Assembly (NCBI GenBank): GCA_023432885.1
Contig: JAEZEU010000116.1
Coordinates: forward strand, 1 to 59,055
Origin: Pseudomonadota bacterium
GTDB taxonomy: Bacteria; Pseudomonadota; Alphaproteobacteria; Rhizobiales; Xanthobacteraceae
Length of the DNA: 59,055 nucleotides
Reading direction: 5' to 3'
Part shown: positions 1-8,706 of the stretch, piece after piece
How the letters are laid out: the number at the start of each line of letters is the position of its first letter
How positions within the stretch are numbered: the stretch's first letter is position 1
The notes under the pieces: model-generated
What the model was told of the DNA's origin: nothing
Databases searched by the model: none
Seen by the model: the letters and a program-made list of their open reading frames with translations, nothing else
Translations under genes and position numbers: made by a program

Positions 1-79
1 GCCCCCCCCGCCCCCCCCCCCCCCCCCCCCCCGCCCCCCCCCCCCGATTCCGGAGAAAAGGAGAGCAAGGAGTTACGAC

Positions 80-516
80 ATGAGCCAGGCTGATCGCATG
101 ACCGGTGGCGTTGATGCTGGGTTTCACCGCCCCGTCTCGCATTACAATTCACCTGCCAATGTTCTTGAGAACGGATCATACTTTCGTCCTGGGCGTCCGA
201 CATGTATGCCGTTGATTCTTGACCCGCGCTTCGCAAGATTCCTGGCATTGCCCGCCCGATGCGGCTTAAGGCGATACTGGCCGCGCTGCGGCAGCTCGAT
301 GAGCGTTCACTCCCGCTCTCCACCTCGGAGACTCCAGGCAAAGCACACGTTCGTCCCCGGATCGTGGTTTCACCATCGCGGTTGAGCCGCGAGGCCAATG
401 TGAGGCGCTATCGCAGGCTGCTTGCGACGAAGCTGACAGAGCATGAACGGGATTTCGTGCAGCGCAGGCTCACCGAAGAACTGGTTACGCCCTCGTCGGT
501 CGGAGCGCGCGCGTGA
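80..516 (+). pseudogene. Probable frameshifted small hypothetical gene
   Basis: Two overlapping ORFs (80-385, 259-516) with protein-like segments (PVSHYNSPANVL; MRLKAILAALRQLD...NVRRYRRLLAT) in different frames; close to a low-quality contig end. Confidence 0.35.
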
Positions 517-1996
517 GGCTGCTGAAGAAGCGATCGATCACCGGCCAGAACAGTAGCACAATCGCGAGCGTCGTGATCGAGCCGACCAGGTAGTTCGACC
601 AGAACACCTTGAGATCGCCGCCGGAACCGATCATCGACAGGCGGAAGGCGTCCTCCGCGCGGTTGCCGAGCACGAGCGCCAGGGTGAACGGCGCAAGCGG
701 AATGCCGATCTTCTTGAAGACGTAGCCGACCACGCCGAAGCCCAGCATCAGCCAGATGTCGAACATCGCGTTCTGGATCGCATAGGCGCCGATCGCGCAG
801 GATACGATGATCATCGGCGCTACCGCCGCGAACGGCACCCGCAGGATGGATGCGAAAATTGGTACCGTGGTGAGCACCAGCACGAGACCGACGACATTGC
901 CAAGATACATCGAGGCGATTAGACCCCAGACGAAATCCTTGTGCTCGACGAACAACAGCGGGCCGGGATTGAGGCCCCATACCATGAGGCCGCCGAGCAG
1001 AATCGCGGCGGTGCCCGAGCCGGGAATGCCGAGCGCCAACATCGGCAGCAGCGCCGAGGTTCCTGAAGCATGTGCGGCAGTCTCCGGCGCAAACACACCC
1101 TCAATGCGCCCCTTGCCGAAGCTCTCCTGGTCCTTGGCAAAGCGCTTGGCGAGATTGTAGCCCATGAAACTCGCCGCGATCGCGCCGCCCGGCGTGATGC
1201 CTAGCCAGCAGCCGATGAAGGACGAGCGAACGAGCGTCACCCAATATTTCGGCAGGTCCTTCCACACGGACAGTACGACCCGCAGGGAAATACTGGCGGC
1301 GTGCCCACGCAGGGCCAGCCGCTCTTCCATGGTGAGCAGGATCTCGGAGATGCCGAACAGACCAATCACGGCGACAAGGAAGTTGATGCCGCGCAGCAGC
1401 TCGGCGCTGCCGAAGGTCATCCGCAGGTTGCCGGACACCGTGTCCATGCCGATACCGGCGAGCAGAAGGCCGAGCGACATTGAAATGACCGTCTTGTGCT
1501 TGGCTTCGCGACCGAGCCCGACGAAGGAGCAGAAGGTGAGAAGATAGACGGCAAAAAACTCCGGAGGGCCGAATTTCAGCGCAAACGAGGAGATCATCGG
1601 CGCGAGGAAGGTGATCAGGAGCACAGCCACCAGCGAGCCGATGAAGGATGAGGTGAACGCAGCAGTGAGCGCCTCCGCCGCCTTGCCCTGCTGCGCCATC
1701 GGATAGCCGTCGAAGGTGGTGGCAACCGACCAGGCTTCGCCGGGGATGTTGAACAGGATCGAGGTAATGGCGCCACCGAACAGTGCGCCCCAGTAGATAC
1801 AGGAGAGCATCACGATGGCCGAGGTCGGGTCCATGGTGAAGGTGAGCGGCAACAGGATCGCAACGCCGTTGGGACCGCCGAGTCCGGGCAGCACGCCGAC
1901 GAAGATGCCGAGCACGAGCCCTGTCATCATCAGGAGCAGCGTCTTCCAGGTCAACAACACGGCAAAGCCGTGCATCAGAAGGCCGAGGGCTTCCAT
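485..1996 (-). CDS. tctA: Tripartite tricarboxylate transporter large permease
   Basis: Multi-TM; GVLPGLG, ILFNIPG, TTFDGYPMAQQG, PETAAHA motifs; ATG at 1996. Confidence 0.93.
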   Translation of the reverse strand: MEALGLLMHGFAVLLTWKTLLLMMTGLVLGIFVGVLPGLGGPNGVAILLPLTFTMDPTSAIVMLSCIYWGALFGGAITSILFNIPGEAWSVATTFDGYPMAQQGKAAEALTAAFTSSFIGSLVAVLLITFLAPMISSFALKFGPPEFFAVYLLTFCSFVGLGREAKHKTVISMSLGLLLAGIGMDTVSGNLRMTFGSAELLRGINFLVAVIGLFGISEILLTMEERLALRGHAASISLRVVLSVWKDLPKYWVTLVRSSFIGCWLGITPGGAIAASFMGYNLAKRFAKDQESFGKGRIEGVFAPETAAHASGTSALLPMLALGIPGSGTAAILLGGLMVWGLNPGPLLFVEHKDFVWGLIASMYLGNVVGLVLVLTTVPIFASILRVPFAAVAPMIIVSCAIGAYAIQNAMFDIWLMLGFGVVGYVFKKIGIPLAPFTLALVLGNRAEDAFRLSMIGSGGDLKVFWSNYLVGSITTLAIVLLFWPVIDRFFSSLTRALRPTRA

Positions 1997-2015
1997 AATC
2001 GCGCGCTCCGGCCGG

Positions 2016-2558
2016 TTATCGCCCGAGGGCCGCTTCGAGCGGCCCCTTCGGCATGATGACGTCAAATGTGACATCGAAAGTAATGAACATCGCGGCAGTG
2101 AACACGAACGCGGTCAGCAGCGACTTCCACCAGGCGATCTTGCCGACGAAATACATGAAGCCCGAGATCAGCAGAAAGCTTGCGACGTAGAGGCCGAGGA
2201 ATTGGGTAGCGAGGACAAACAGTATCGTCGGGACGAATACCGCGAGCACGCGGCGCAACTGCGCTTGCGTGACGAACGTTTCCCGCGCCTCCTTGCGCGA
2301 CAGGAAAGCTGCGATCAGGCCATAAAGGCTGGCGCCGCCGAGGATGACCGAGAGATAGAACGGAAAGTAACCGGGCTGCGGCCCCGTGGATTCCCACCCG
2401 GCGCCGGTGAGCCAGTTGTCGTACCCGAGCGTCACCGCTAGTGCGAGCAGGAGAATGCTGACGGCGACATCGACGGTGCGATTGCTGGTGACCACGGGCG
2501 AATCCGCCTCAGGCGCGGTCGGATCGTCGACGACGATTTCGATATCGGTGTTGGCCAT
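2016..2558 (-). CDS. tctB: Tripartite tricarboxylate transporter small permease
   Basis: About 4 TM; GPQPGYFP and C-terminal FDVIMPKG; directly upstream of tctA. Confidence 0.88.
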   Translation of the reverse strand: MANTDIEIVVDDPTAPEADSPVVTSNRTVDVAVSILLLALAVTLGYDNWLTGAGWESTGPQPGYFPFYLSVILGGASLYGLIAAFLSRKEARETFVTQAQLRRVLAVFVPTILFVLATQFLGLYVASFLLISGFMYFVGKIAWWKSLLTAFVFTAAMFITFDVTFDVIMPKGPLEAALGR

Positions 2559-2615
2559 GCGCAGGACCCGGCTCGCGATGATTGGAGACCGGGATACGTG
2601 CCGATGAGCCTTGCG

Positions 2616-3719
2616 TCAATGACCCGCGGCGCGCTCGGGAAATGCACTCGCAAGTGCAGCACGGTTGGCGCCAAGCACGCCGCGCTCAGTGATCAGCCCG
2701 GTCACAAGCCGCGCCGGCGTGACGTCGAAGGCGTAGTTGGCGGCTTGCGAGCCCTCAGGAACCACGCGCACCGTCTCGATGCGACCGTCTTTGGTGCGAC
2801 CAGTCATTTCGGTGACTTCGGTCGCCTCGCGCTGCTCGATCGGGATTTCGGCGATGCCGTCACTAATACGAAAGTCGATGGTCGGCGACGGCAGCGCAAC
2901 ATAGAACGGCACACCATTGTCATGTGCGGCAAGCGCCTTCAGGTAGGTCCCGATCTTGTTGCAGACATCGCCATTGGCGGCGACTCGATCGGCGCCAACG
3001 ATGGCGAGGTCGACCATGCGATGCTGCATCAGATGGCCACCCGTGTTGTCGGCGATCACCGTATGCGGCACGCCGTGATGGCCGAGTTCCCACGTCGTCA
3101 GCGAGGCGCCCTGATTGCGCGGGCGAGTCTCGTCGACCCAGACATGGACGGGAATGCCGCGGTCATGGGCCTGGTAGATCGGCGAAGTCGCGGTGCCCCA
3201 GTCGACGGTGGCGAGCCAGCCCGCGTTGCAATGCGTCAGCAGGTTGACGGCCTCGCCTGGCTTCTTGGCCGCGGCGATCTTCTCGATCAGCGCGAGGCCG
3301 TTTTTGCCGATCGCGCGGTTTATGGCGACGTCCTCCTCCGCGATCTCGCTGGCGCGGGCATAGGCCACTTGCACACGTGAGGACGGTGGCTGAGGCATAA
3401 GCGTGCGCATCATCTCGTCGAGCGCCCATTTCAGGTTGATCGCGGTCGGCCGCGACTTCACCAGAATCTCATAAGCACGATCGAGATTGGCATCGGAACG
3501 GTCGTCGCGCATCGCGAGCGCCATGCCATAAGCGGCGGCAGCCCCGATCAGCGGCGCGCCGCGTACCAGCATGGTGCGGATGGCCTCGGCCGCCGCCTCC
3601 GCAGTTGGGATTTCCACGACAACGAATTCATGTGGCAGGCGGCGCTGGTCGATCGCGCTCACCGAGAAACCGTCGGGCGCAAGCCAAATGCTGCGGTAGG
3701 GTTTGCCGTCGACCTTCAT
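2616..3719 (-). CDS. mtnA: Methylthioribose-1-phosphate isomerase
   Basis: [41 protein letters not shown] motifs. Confidence 0.95.
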   Translation of the reverse strand: MKVDGKPYRSIWLAPDGFSVSAIDQRRLPHEFVVVEIPTAEAAAEAIRTMLVRGAPLIGAAAAYGMALAMRDDRSDANLDRAYEILVKSRPTAINLKWALDEMMRTLMPQPPSSRVQVAYARASEIAEEDVAINRAIGKNGLALIEKIAAAKKPGEAVNLLTHCNAGWLATVDWGTATSPIYQAHDRGIPVHVWVDETRPRNQGASLTTWELGHHGVPHTVIADNTGGHLMQHRMVDLAIVGADRVAANGDVCNKIGTYLKALAAHDNGVPFYVALPSPTIDFRISDGIAEIPIEQREATEVTEMTGRTKDGRIETVRVVPEGSQAANYAFDVTPARLVTGLITERGVLGANRAALASAFPERAAGH

Positions 3720-4591
3720 CTGAACAGCACCCTTCCGGCCACCGCATCGAGTTTCCTCACCAGTGCAGGATCGCGCGCTTCCGGCGCGGTGATCAGTGCG
3801 GCGTCGAGGGCGCGGTCAGAGCCGATAGGACACGGCTCGTGCTCCCGCGGAAAATCGCGCGCCAGCCGCGCTACAAGAGCTTTCGACCTGTCCGCGTTGG
3901 AGTTGAGCACACGGATAATGTCCTGCACCGTGACCGCCTCATGATGCGGGTGCCAGCAATCGTAATCCGTGACCATGGCGACGCTGGCGTAGCAAATCTC
4001 CGCCTCCCGGGCGAGTTTCGCCTCCGGCATGTTGGTCATGCCGATCACGGAATAGCCGGCCGCCTTATAGGTCAGGCTTTCGGCGAGGCTGGAGAATTGC
4101 GGGCCTTCCATGCAGAGATAGGTGCCGCCATCCACTGCGTCGATACCCTCGGCCTTGGCGGCGGCGGCGAGACGCTCGCGCAGGCGCGGCGACACCGGAT
4201 TCGCCATCGAAACGTGGGCGACACAGCCCTTGCCGAAGAACGAGCTCTCGCGCCGGTAGGTGCGGTCGACGAACTGATCGACCAGAACGAAGGCGCCGGG
4301 CGGCAGCTCCTCCTTAAAGGAGCCGCAGGCCGAGAGCGCAACTAGGTCGGTGACCCCTGCCCGCTTCAGCGCATCGATATTGGCGCGGTAATTGATATCG
4401 GAGGGCGACAGTACGTGGCCCTTGCCATGGCGCGGCAGGAACACGATCGGCAGGCCCCCGAGGCTGCCACACCGGAGCGGCGCCGACGGCTCGCCCCAGG
4501 GAGTTTCGACCGCCTCGTCATGGATATCCTCAAGGCCCGGCAGGTCGTAGATGCCGGACCCACCGATGATGCCGAGCACGGAGCGGGTCAT
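3716..4591 (-). CDS. mtnP: S-methyl-5'-thioadenosine phosphorylase
   Basis: [41 protein letters not shown]; 4-bp overlap with mtnA. Confidence 0.95.
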   Translation of the reverse strand: MTRSVLGIIGGSGIYDLPGLEDIHDEAVETPWGEPSAPLRCGSLGGLPIVFLPRHGKGHVLSPSDINYRANIDALKRAGVTDLVALSACGSFKEELPPGAFVLVDQFVDRTYRRESSFFGKGCVAHVSMANPVSPRLRERLAAAAKAEGIDAVDGGTYLCMEGPQFSSLAESLTYKAAGYSVIGMTNMPEAKLAREAEICYASVAMVTDYDCWHPHHEAVTVQDIIRVLNSNADRSKALVARLARDFPREHEPCPIGSDRALDAALITAPEARDPALVRKLDAVAGRVLFR

Positions 4592-4681
4592 GACTTCTCC
4601 AGATCAATCGTGTCGGAGCAATGTTCGACTATACTGCGGCGCAATAATCAACCCTTGTTCTCAAACGCGAAGCACGTTGAT

Positions 4682-5332
4682 ATGACGACCATGAAAGACC
4701 GCGACAAGCGACAATCCATCATCGACGCCTGCCTGCGCATGAACATGCTGGGCATCAACCAGGGCACCTCGGGCAACATCAGCGTTCGCCATGGCGAGGG
4801 GCTTTTGATAACGCCGACCGGCACGCCCTATGAGACGATGCGCCCCGAGCAGATCGTCCATATGGGCCTCGACGGCTCGCACGACCCGGCCCAGCGCCCG
4901 TCGAGCGAATGGCGCTTCCACCGCGATATCCTGAAGGCCCGGCCCGACGTGGAGGCCGTGGTGCATGCCCACCCGACCTACTGCACGGCGCTTGCGATCA
5001 TGGAAATGGAAATTCCGCCGGTGCATTACATGATCGTCTGCGCCGGCGGCGACAGCATCCGCTGCGCGCCCTATGCTACCTTCGGCACCCAGGAATTGTC
5101 GGATCATGCCGTGCGCGCGCTGGAGGGACGGCTCGCCTGCCTGCTCGCCCATCATGGCATGATCGCGGTTGGGCCATCGCTGGCGAAGGCGATGTGGCTC
5201 GCGGTCGAGGTCGAGACGCTGGCCCGGCAGTATCACGCGAGCTTCCAGCTCGGGAACCCGCCGCTGCTGTCGAAGGAGGAGATCGAGAAAGTGCGTGTCC
5301 GCATGGCGGGTTACGGCCATGCGGACACCTGA
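4682..5332 (+). CDS. Class II aldolase (FucA-like; likely methylthioribulose-1-P aldolase of the DHAP shunt)
   Basis: GTSGNIS, PSSEWRFH, VVHAH, LLAHHG metal-binding motifs; divergent from mtnP-mtnA. Confidence 0.85.
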   Translation: MTTMKDRDKRQSIIDACLRMNMLGINQGTSGNISVRHGEGLLITPTGTPYETMRPEQIVHMGLDGSHDPAQRPSSEWRFHRDILKARPDVEAVVHAHPTYCTALAIMEMEIPPVHYMIVCAGGDSIRCAPYATFGTQELSDHAVRALEGRLACLLAHHGMIAVGPSLAKAMWLAVEVETLARQYHASFQLGNPPLLSKEEIEKVRVRMAGYGHADT

Positions 5333-5350
5333 AGGTTCAAGCGGCTAAGG

Positions 5351-6337
5351 CTATTTCGCGACGAAGCCGGCTTGGTTCATCAGCGTGGCGTTCAGCTTGT
5401 CGTCCTCCTCGAGGAACTGGACCATGTCCTTGCCGGTGAGGAAGATCGGTTTCAGCGCCTGCTTCTCCATGTATTCTTTGTATTCGGGGGTCTGCGTCAC
5501 CTTCTGGAACAGGTCGACATAGAAGGCCTGCTGGTCGGGCGTCACCTTGCCGGGCAGGAACATGGCGCGCAGCATCAGGTATTGCACATCGAGGCCCTCC
5601 TCCTTGCAGGTCGGGATGTCGTTCCAAGACTGCGTCTCAGTTACCTTGGTCTTGTACGAGATGCGCTCCTTGTCGAACACGCAGAGCGCGCGGACCTGGC
5701 CGGCGCGCCAGACTTCGAGGTTTTCGGAGGGATTATTCACGTTCGACTCAGTGTGACCGCCGACCAGTTGCGTGGCCGCCTCGCCGCCGGACTTGTAGGG
5801 CAGATAGGAGAACTTTGCGCCGGTCTTCTGCTCCATGAACACGGTCAGCACATGATCCTCGCGCTTCGACCCCGTGCCGCCCATCTTGAAGGGGGAGCTG
5901 GCGGCCTTGGCGGCGGCGATGAAATCCTTGACCGTCTTGGGGCCGCTCGCGTTGTCCCAGAGCACGAACTGGTCGAGCGCGATCACCGACACCGGCGTAA
6001 GGTCGCGCCAGTTGAACGGGATCTTGGCCGACAGCGGCAGCATGTAGATCAGCGAATAGGCGATCAGCACCTTGTTGGCGTCGCCCTCGCTGGACTTCAT
6101 ATACATCAGGGCTTCCGCGCCCGACGCGCCGCCCTTCAGCGACACCACCATCGGCTGCTTCATCAGATTATTCTTTTGGATCGCCGCCTGCATCATGCGC
6201 GCCATCTGGTCCGACGCTCCGCCCGCGCCGGCGGCGACGACGATCTCGACGGGCTTGGTCGGCTCCCAGGCGGCGGATGCCGGTGCGGCGACGATGAAGG
6301 CCGCACCAGCGGCCGCGGCTTTGAGAATCTGTCCCAC
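5351..6337 (-). CDS. tctC: Tripartite tricarboxylate transporter substrate-binding protein (Bug family)
   Basis: Signal peptide; PTKPVEIVV, GGASD, PYKSGGEA; GTG start at 6337. Confidence 0.88.
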   Translation of the reverse strand: MGQILKAAAAGAAFIVAAPASAAWEPTKPVEIVVAAGAGGASDQMARMMQAAIQKNNLMKQPMVVSLKGGASGAEALMYMKSSEGDANKVLIAYSLIYMLPLSAKIPFNWRDLTPVSVIALDQFVLWDNASGPKTVKDFIAAAKAASSPFKMGGTGSKREDHVLTVFMEQKTGAKFSYLPYKSGGEAATQLVGGHTESNVNNPSENLEVWRAGQVRALCVFDKERISYKTKVTETQSWNDIPTCKEEGLDVQYLMLRAMFLPGKVTPDQQAFYVDLFQKVTQTPEYKEYMEKQALKPIFLTGKDMVQFLEEDDKLNATLMNQAGFVAK

Positions 6338-6501
6338 GCGTTTCTTCCCTATGTCATTGGACCAGCTAAGGAAAAACACCTCAGCACGATCGCCTATTGT
6401 GCGGGGTCCACCGTCCAAGTTCAAGGTAAGCTGGCGTCGCGGCCCTATGACTTTCGGATGATCTCGCGCGCCGCCGCATGGGGCGAGCCGATCTATGGGA
6501 G

Positions 6502-7299
6502 CTACTTGCCTTTCCAGTTCGGCGGCCGCTTGTTGAGGAAGGCCTCCATACCTTCGCGGAAATCCTCGCTCATGTAGGCCTTGAGGATCAGGTCTTCGCC
6601 CTCGTCGCGCGAGAGCGTGCGGCGGATGCGGCGCACCGCTTCCTTGGTGACTTCGAGCGTGATCGGCGCGTGGCCGGAGACGAGCTTTGCGGTCTCCTCC
6701 GCACGACGCTGCAGCACCGTTACATCGGGCACGATTTCGTTGAGCAGGCCGAGGTCCAGCGCTTCCTGCGCCTCGACGAGGCGCGCCTTGAAGATCAGGT
6801 CCTTGGTGCGCGCGGGACCGATCAGCGAGACCAGGCGCGAGATGTTCGACATCGACAGGCAGTTGCCGAGCGTGCGCGCGATCGGAAAGCCCATGCGCGT
6901 GTTTTCCGTGCCGATGCGGATGTCGCAGCAGGCGGCGATGCCTGCGCCGCCCCCGGTGCAAGCACCGGCGATCGCCGCAATGACTGGCACACGGCAGGAT
7001 TCCAGCGTGCCCAGCACGCGGTCGATCCGCGCTTCATAATCGAGCGCGTCCTGCGCCGTCTTGAAGGCTCGAAATTGCGATATATCGGTGCCGGACGCAA
7101 ACGCCTTGTCGCCAGCGCCGGTGATAATCAACGCCTTGATCGAGCGGTCATGGTTGATGGACTCGCAGATGGATGCCAACTGCTCGTACATCGCAAAGGT
7201 CAGCGCATTGCGCGCCTGCGGGCGGTTGAAGATGATCCGGGCGATGCCGTCCTGGACGGCATAGATGAGGTCTTCGCTAGCGGCGACCGGCGCATTCAT
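6502..7299 (-). CDS. Enoyl-CoA hydratase/isomerase family protein
   Basis: NRPQARNAL, FASGTDI, GACTGGG, DFREGMEAFLNKR. Confidence 0.9.
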   Translation of the reverse strand: MNAPVAASEDLIYAVQDGIARIIFNRPQARNALTFAMYEQLASICESINHDRSIKALIITGAGDKAFASGTDISQFRAFKTAQDALDYEARIDRVLGTLESCRVPVIAAIAGACTGGGAGIAACCDIRIGTENTRMGFPIARTLGNCLSMSNISRLVSLIGPARTKDLIFKARLVEAQEALDLGLLNEIVPDVTVLQRRAEETAKLVSGHAPITLEVTKEAVRRIRRTLSRDEGEDLILKAYMSEDFREGMEAFLNKRPPNWKGK

Positions 7300-7338
7300 C
7301 CTGGCTCTTTCTCTATTCGGGCTACGACCGCGACCGCC

Positions 7339-8556
7339 TCAGGCAACTGCCGCCTTCGGCATCGGCACGACGTCGCGGCCCTTCAGCACTTCCATGGCTG
7401 CCAGCACACCGCCGCTGCGATGCGGCACCTTGGCGAGGTCCAGCCCCATTTCGACACCCGACAGCGTACCCATCAGCATCAGATCGTTGAAGTGACCGAT
7501 ATGGCCGATGCGGAACAGCTTGCCCTTGACCTTGTTGAGGCCGGTGCCGAGCGACATGTCGAAATTCTCGAGCACAACTTTCCGGAAATTGTCGGCGTCA
7601 TGGCCCTCCGGCACGCGCACGCCGGTGAGTGCCGGCGAATGCCCGTTCGGATCGAGGCACTGTGTCTCCAACCCCCACACCTTGATTGCCGCGCGCGTGG
7701 CGGCGCTATGGCGCTTGTGCCGGGCGAACACGTTCTCCAGACCCTCTTCCTCCAGCATCTTGACCGCTTCGCGCAGGCCGAACAGCAAGTTGGTCGCCGG
7801 CGTATAGGGCCAGGTGCCCGCCTTGTTGATGTTGATGACTTCCTGCCAGTCCCAATAGGACCGCATCGCCGTGTTGGCCTTGGCGGCGGCTATCGCCTTT
7901 TCGGAGATGGCGTTGAAGCCGAGGCCCGGCGGCAGCATCAGGCCTTTTTGGGAGCCTGCGACCGACACGTCGATGCCCCAGGCGTCGTGCTCATATTCAA
8001 GCGAACCGAGACCAGAGATGGTGTCGACCATCAAGAGGGCCGGATGCTTGACGGCATCCATGATCTTGCGGACTTCCTGCGGATAGGTGACGCAGCCGGT
8101 AGAGGTCTCGTTATGGACGATGCAGACCGCCTTGATCTTGTGCGCCTTGTCGGCCGACAGCCGCGCCTCGATCTGGGCAAGGTCGGCGCCATGGCGCCAG
8201 TCGCCGGGGACGAAATCGACGTCGAGCTTGAACTTGTCGGCGATGCCGCGCCACAGCACTGCAAACTGGCCGGTTTCGGCCATCAACACCTTGTCGCCGG
8301 GCGCGAGGGTATTGACGATCGCCGCTTCCCAGGCACCGGTTCCCGACGACGGGTAGATAATCACCGGCTGCTGGGTACGAAACACCCGCTGCATGGCCGC
8401 CAGCACGGCAAAGCCGATCTCGGCGAACTCAGGACCGCGATGGTCCAGGGTCGGCATGTCCATAGCGCGCAGAACCCGGTCCGGCACGTTGGTAGGTCCC
8501 GGAATCTGCAGAAAATGCCTTCCAGTGTGCACGGTCATGGGCGTCCTTCCGGTCAT
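7339..8556 (-). CDS. Class V aminotransferase (serine/alanine-glyoxylate aminotransferase-like)
   Basis: LQIPGPTNVP, VHNETSTG, GSQKGLMLPPG (PLP lysine), FRIGHIG. Confidence 0.92.
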   Translation of the reverse strand: MTGRTPMTVHTGRHFLQIPGPTNVPDRVLRAMDMPTLDHRGPEFAEIGFAVLAAMQRVFRTQQPVIIYPSSGTGAWEAAIVNTLAPGDKVLMAETGQFAVLWRGIADKFKLDVDFVPGDWRHGADLAQIEARLSADKAHKIKAVCIVHNETSTGCVTYPQEVRKIMDAVKHPALLMVDTISGLGSLEYEHDAWGIDVSVAGSQKGLMLPPGLGFNAISEKAIAAAKANTAMRSYWDWQEVININKAGTWPYTPATNLLFGLREAVKMLEEEGLENVFARHKRHSAATRAAIKVWGLETQCLDPNGHSPALTGVRVPEGHDADNFRKVVLENFDMSLGTGLNKVKGKLFRIGHIGHFNDLMLMGTLSGVEMGLDLAKVPHRSGGVLAAMEVLKGRDVVPMPKAAVA

Positions 8557-8706
8557 GCATTAATTTCACGAGCCGCTCGAATACCACTATTCGGTTGAGT
8601 TGTCCCACGGCTGGGGGAGGCCGCCAATGCGTTGGCGGTAGGGCTCGCCTTGCCAAGCCGGGAGCTGGAAGGCAAGACAGTTCAAGCACATCAGGTGAGA
8701 CTACCC

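Noticed and set aside
1..45. Poly-C run
   Set aside because: Located at the window edge; most likely a sequencing or assembly artefact
5351..6961. 536-aa extended tctC ORF
   Set aside because: The extension overlaps the hydratase gene in another frame; the signal peptide indicates a start at 6337
6478..8598. Long plus-strand ORF (706 aa) and similar long antisense ORFs (5372-6577, 13363-14973, 16200-17582, 49813-50934)
   Set aside because: Shadow frames of well-supported opposite-strand genes in high-GC DNA; no recognisable motifs
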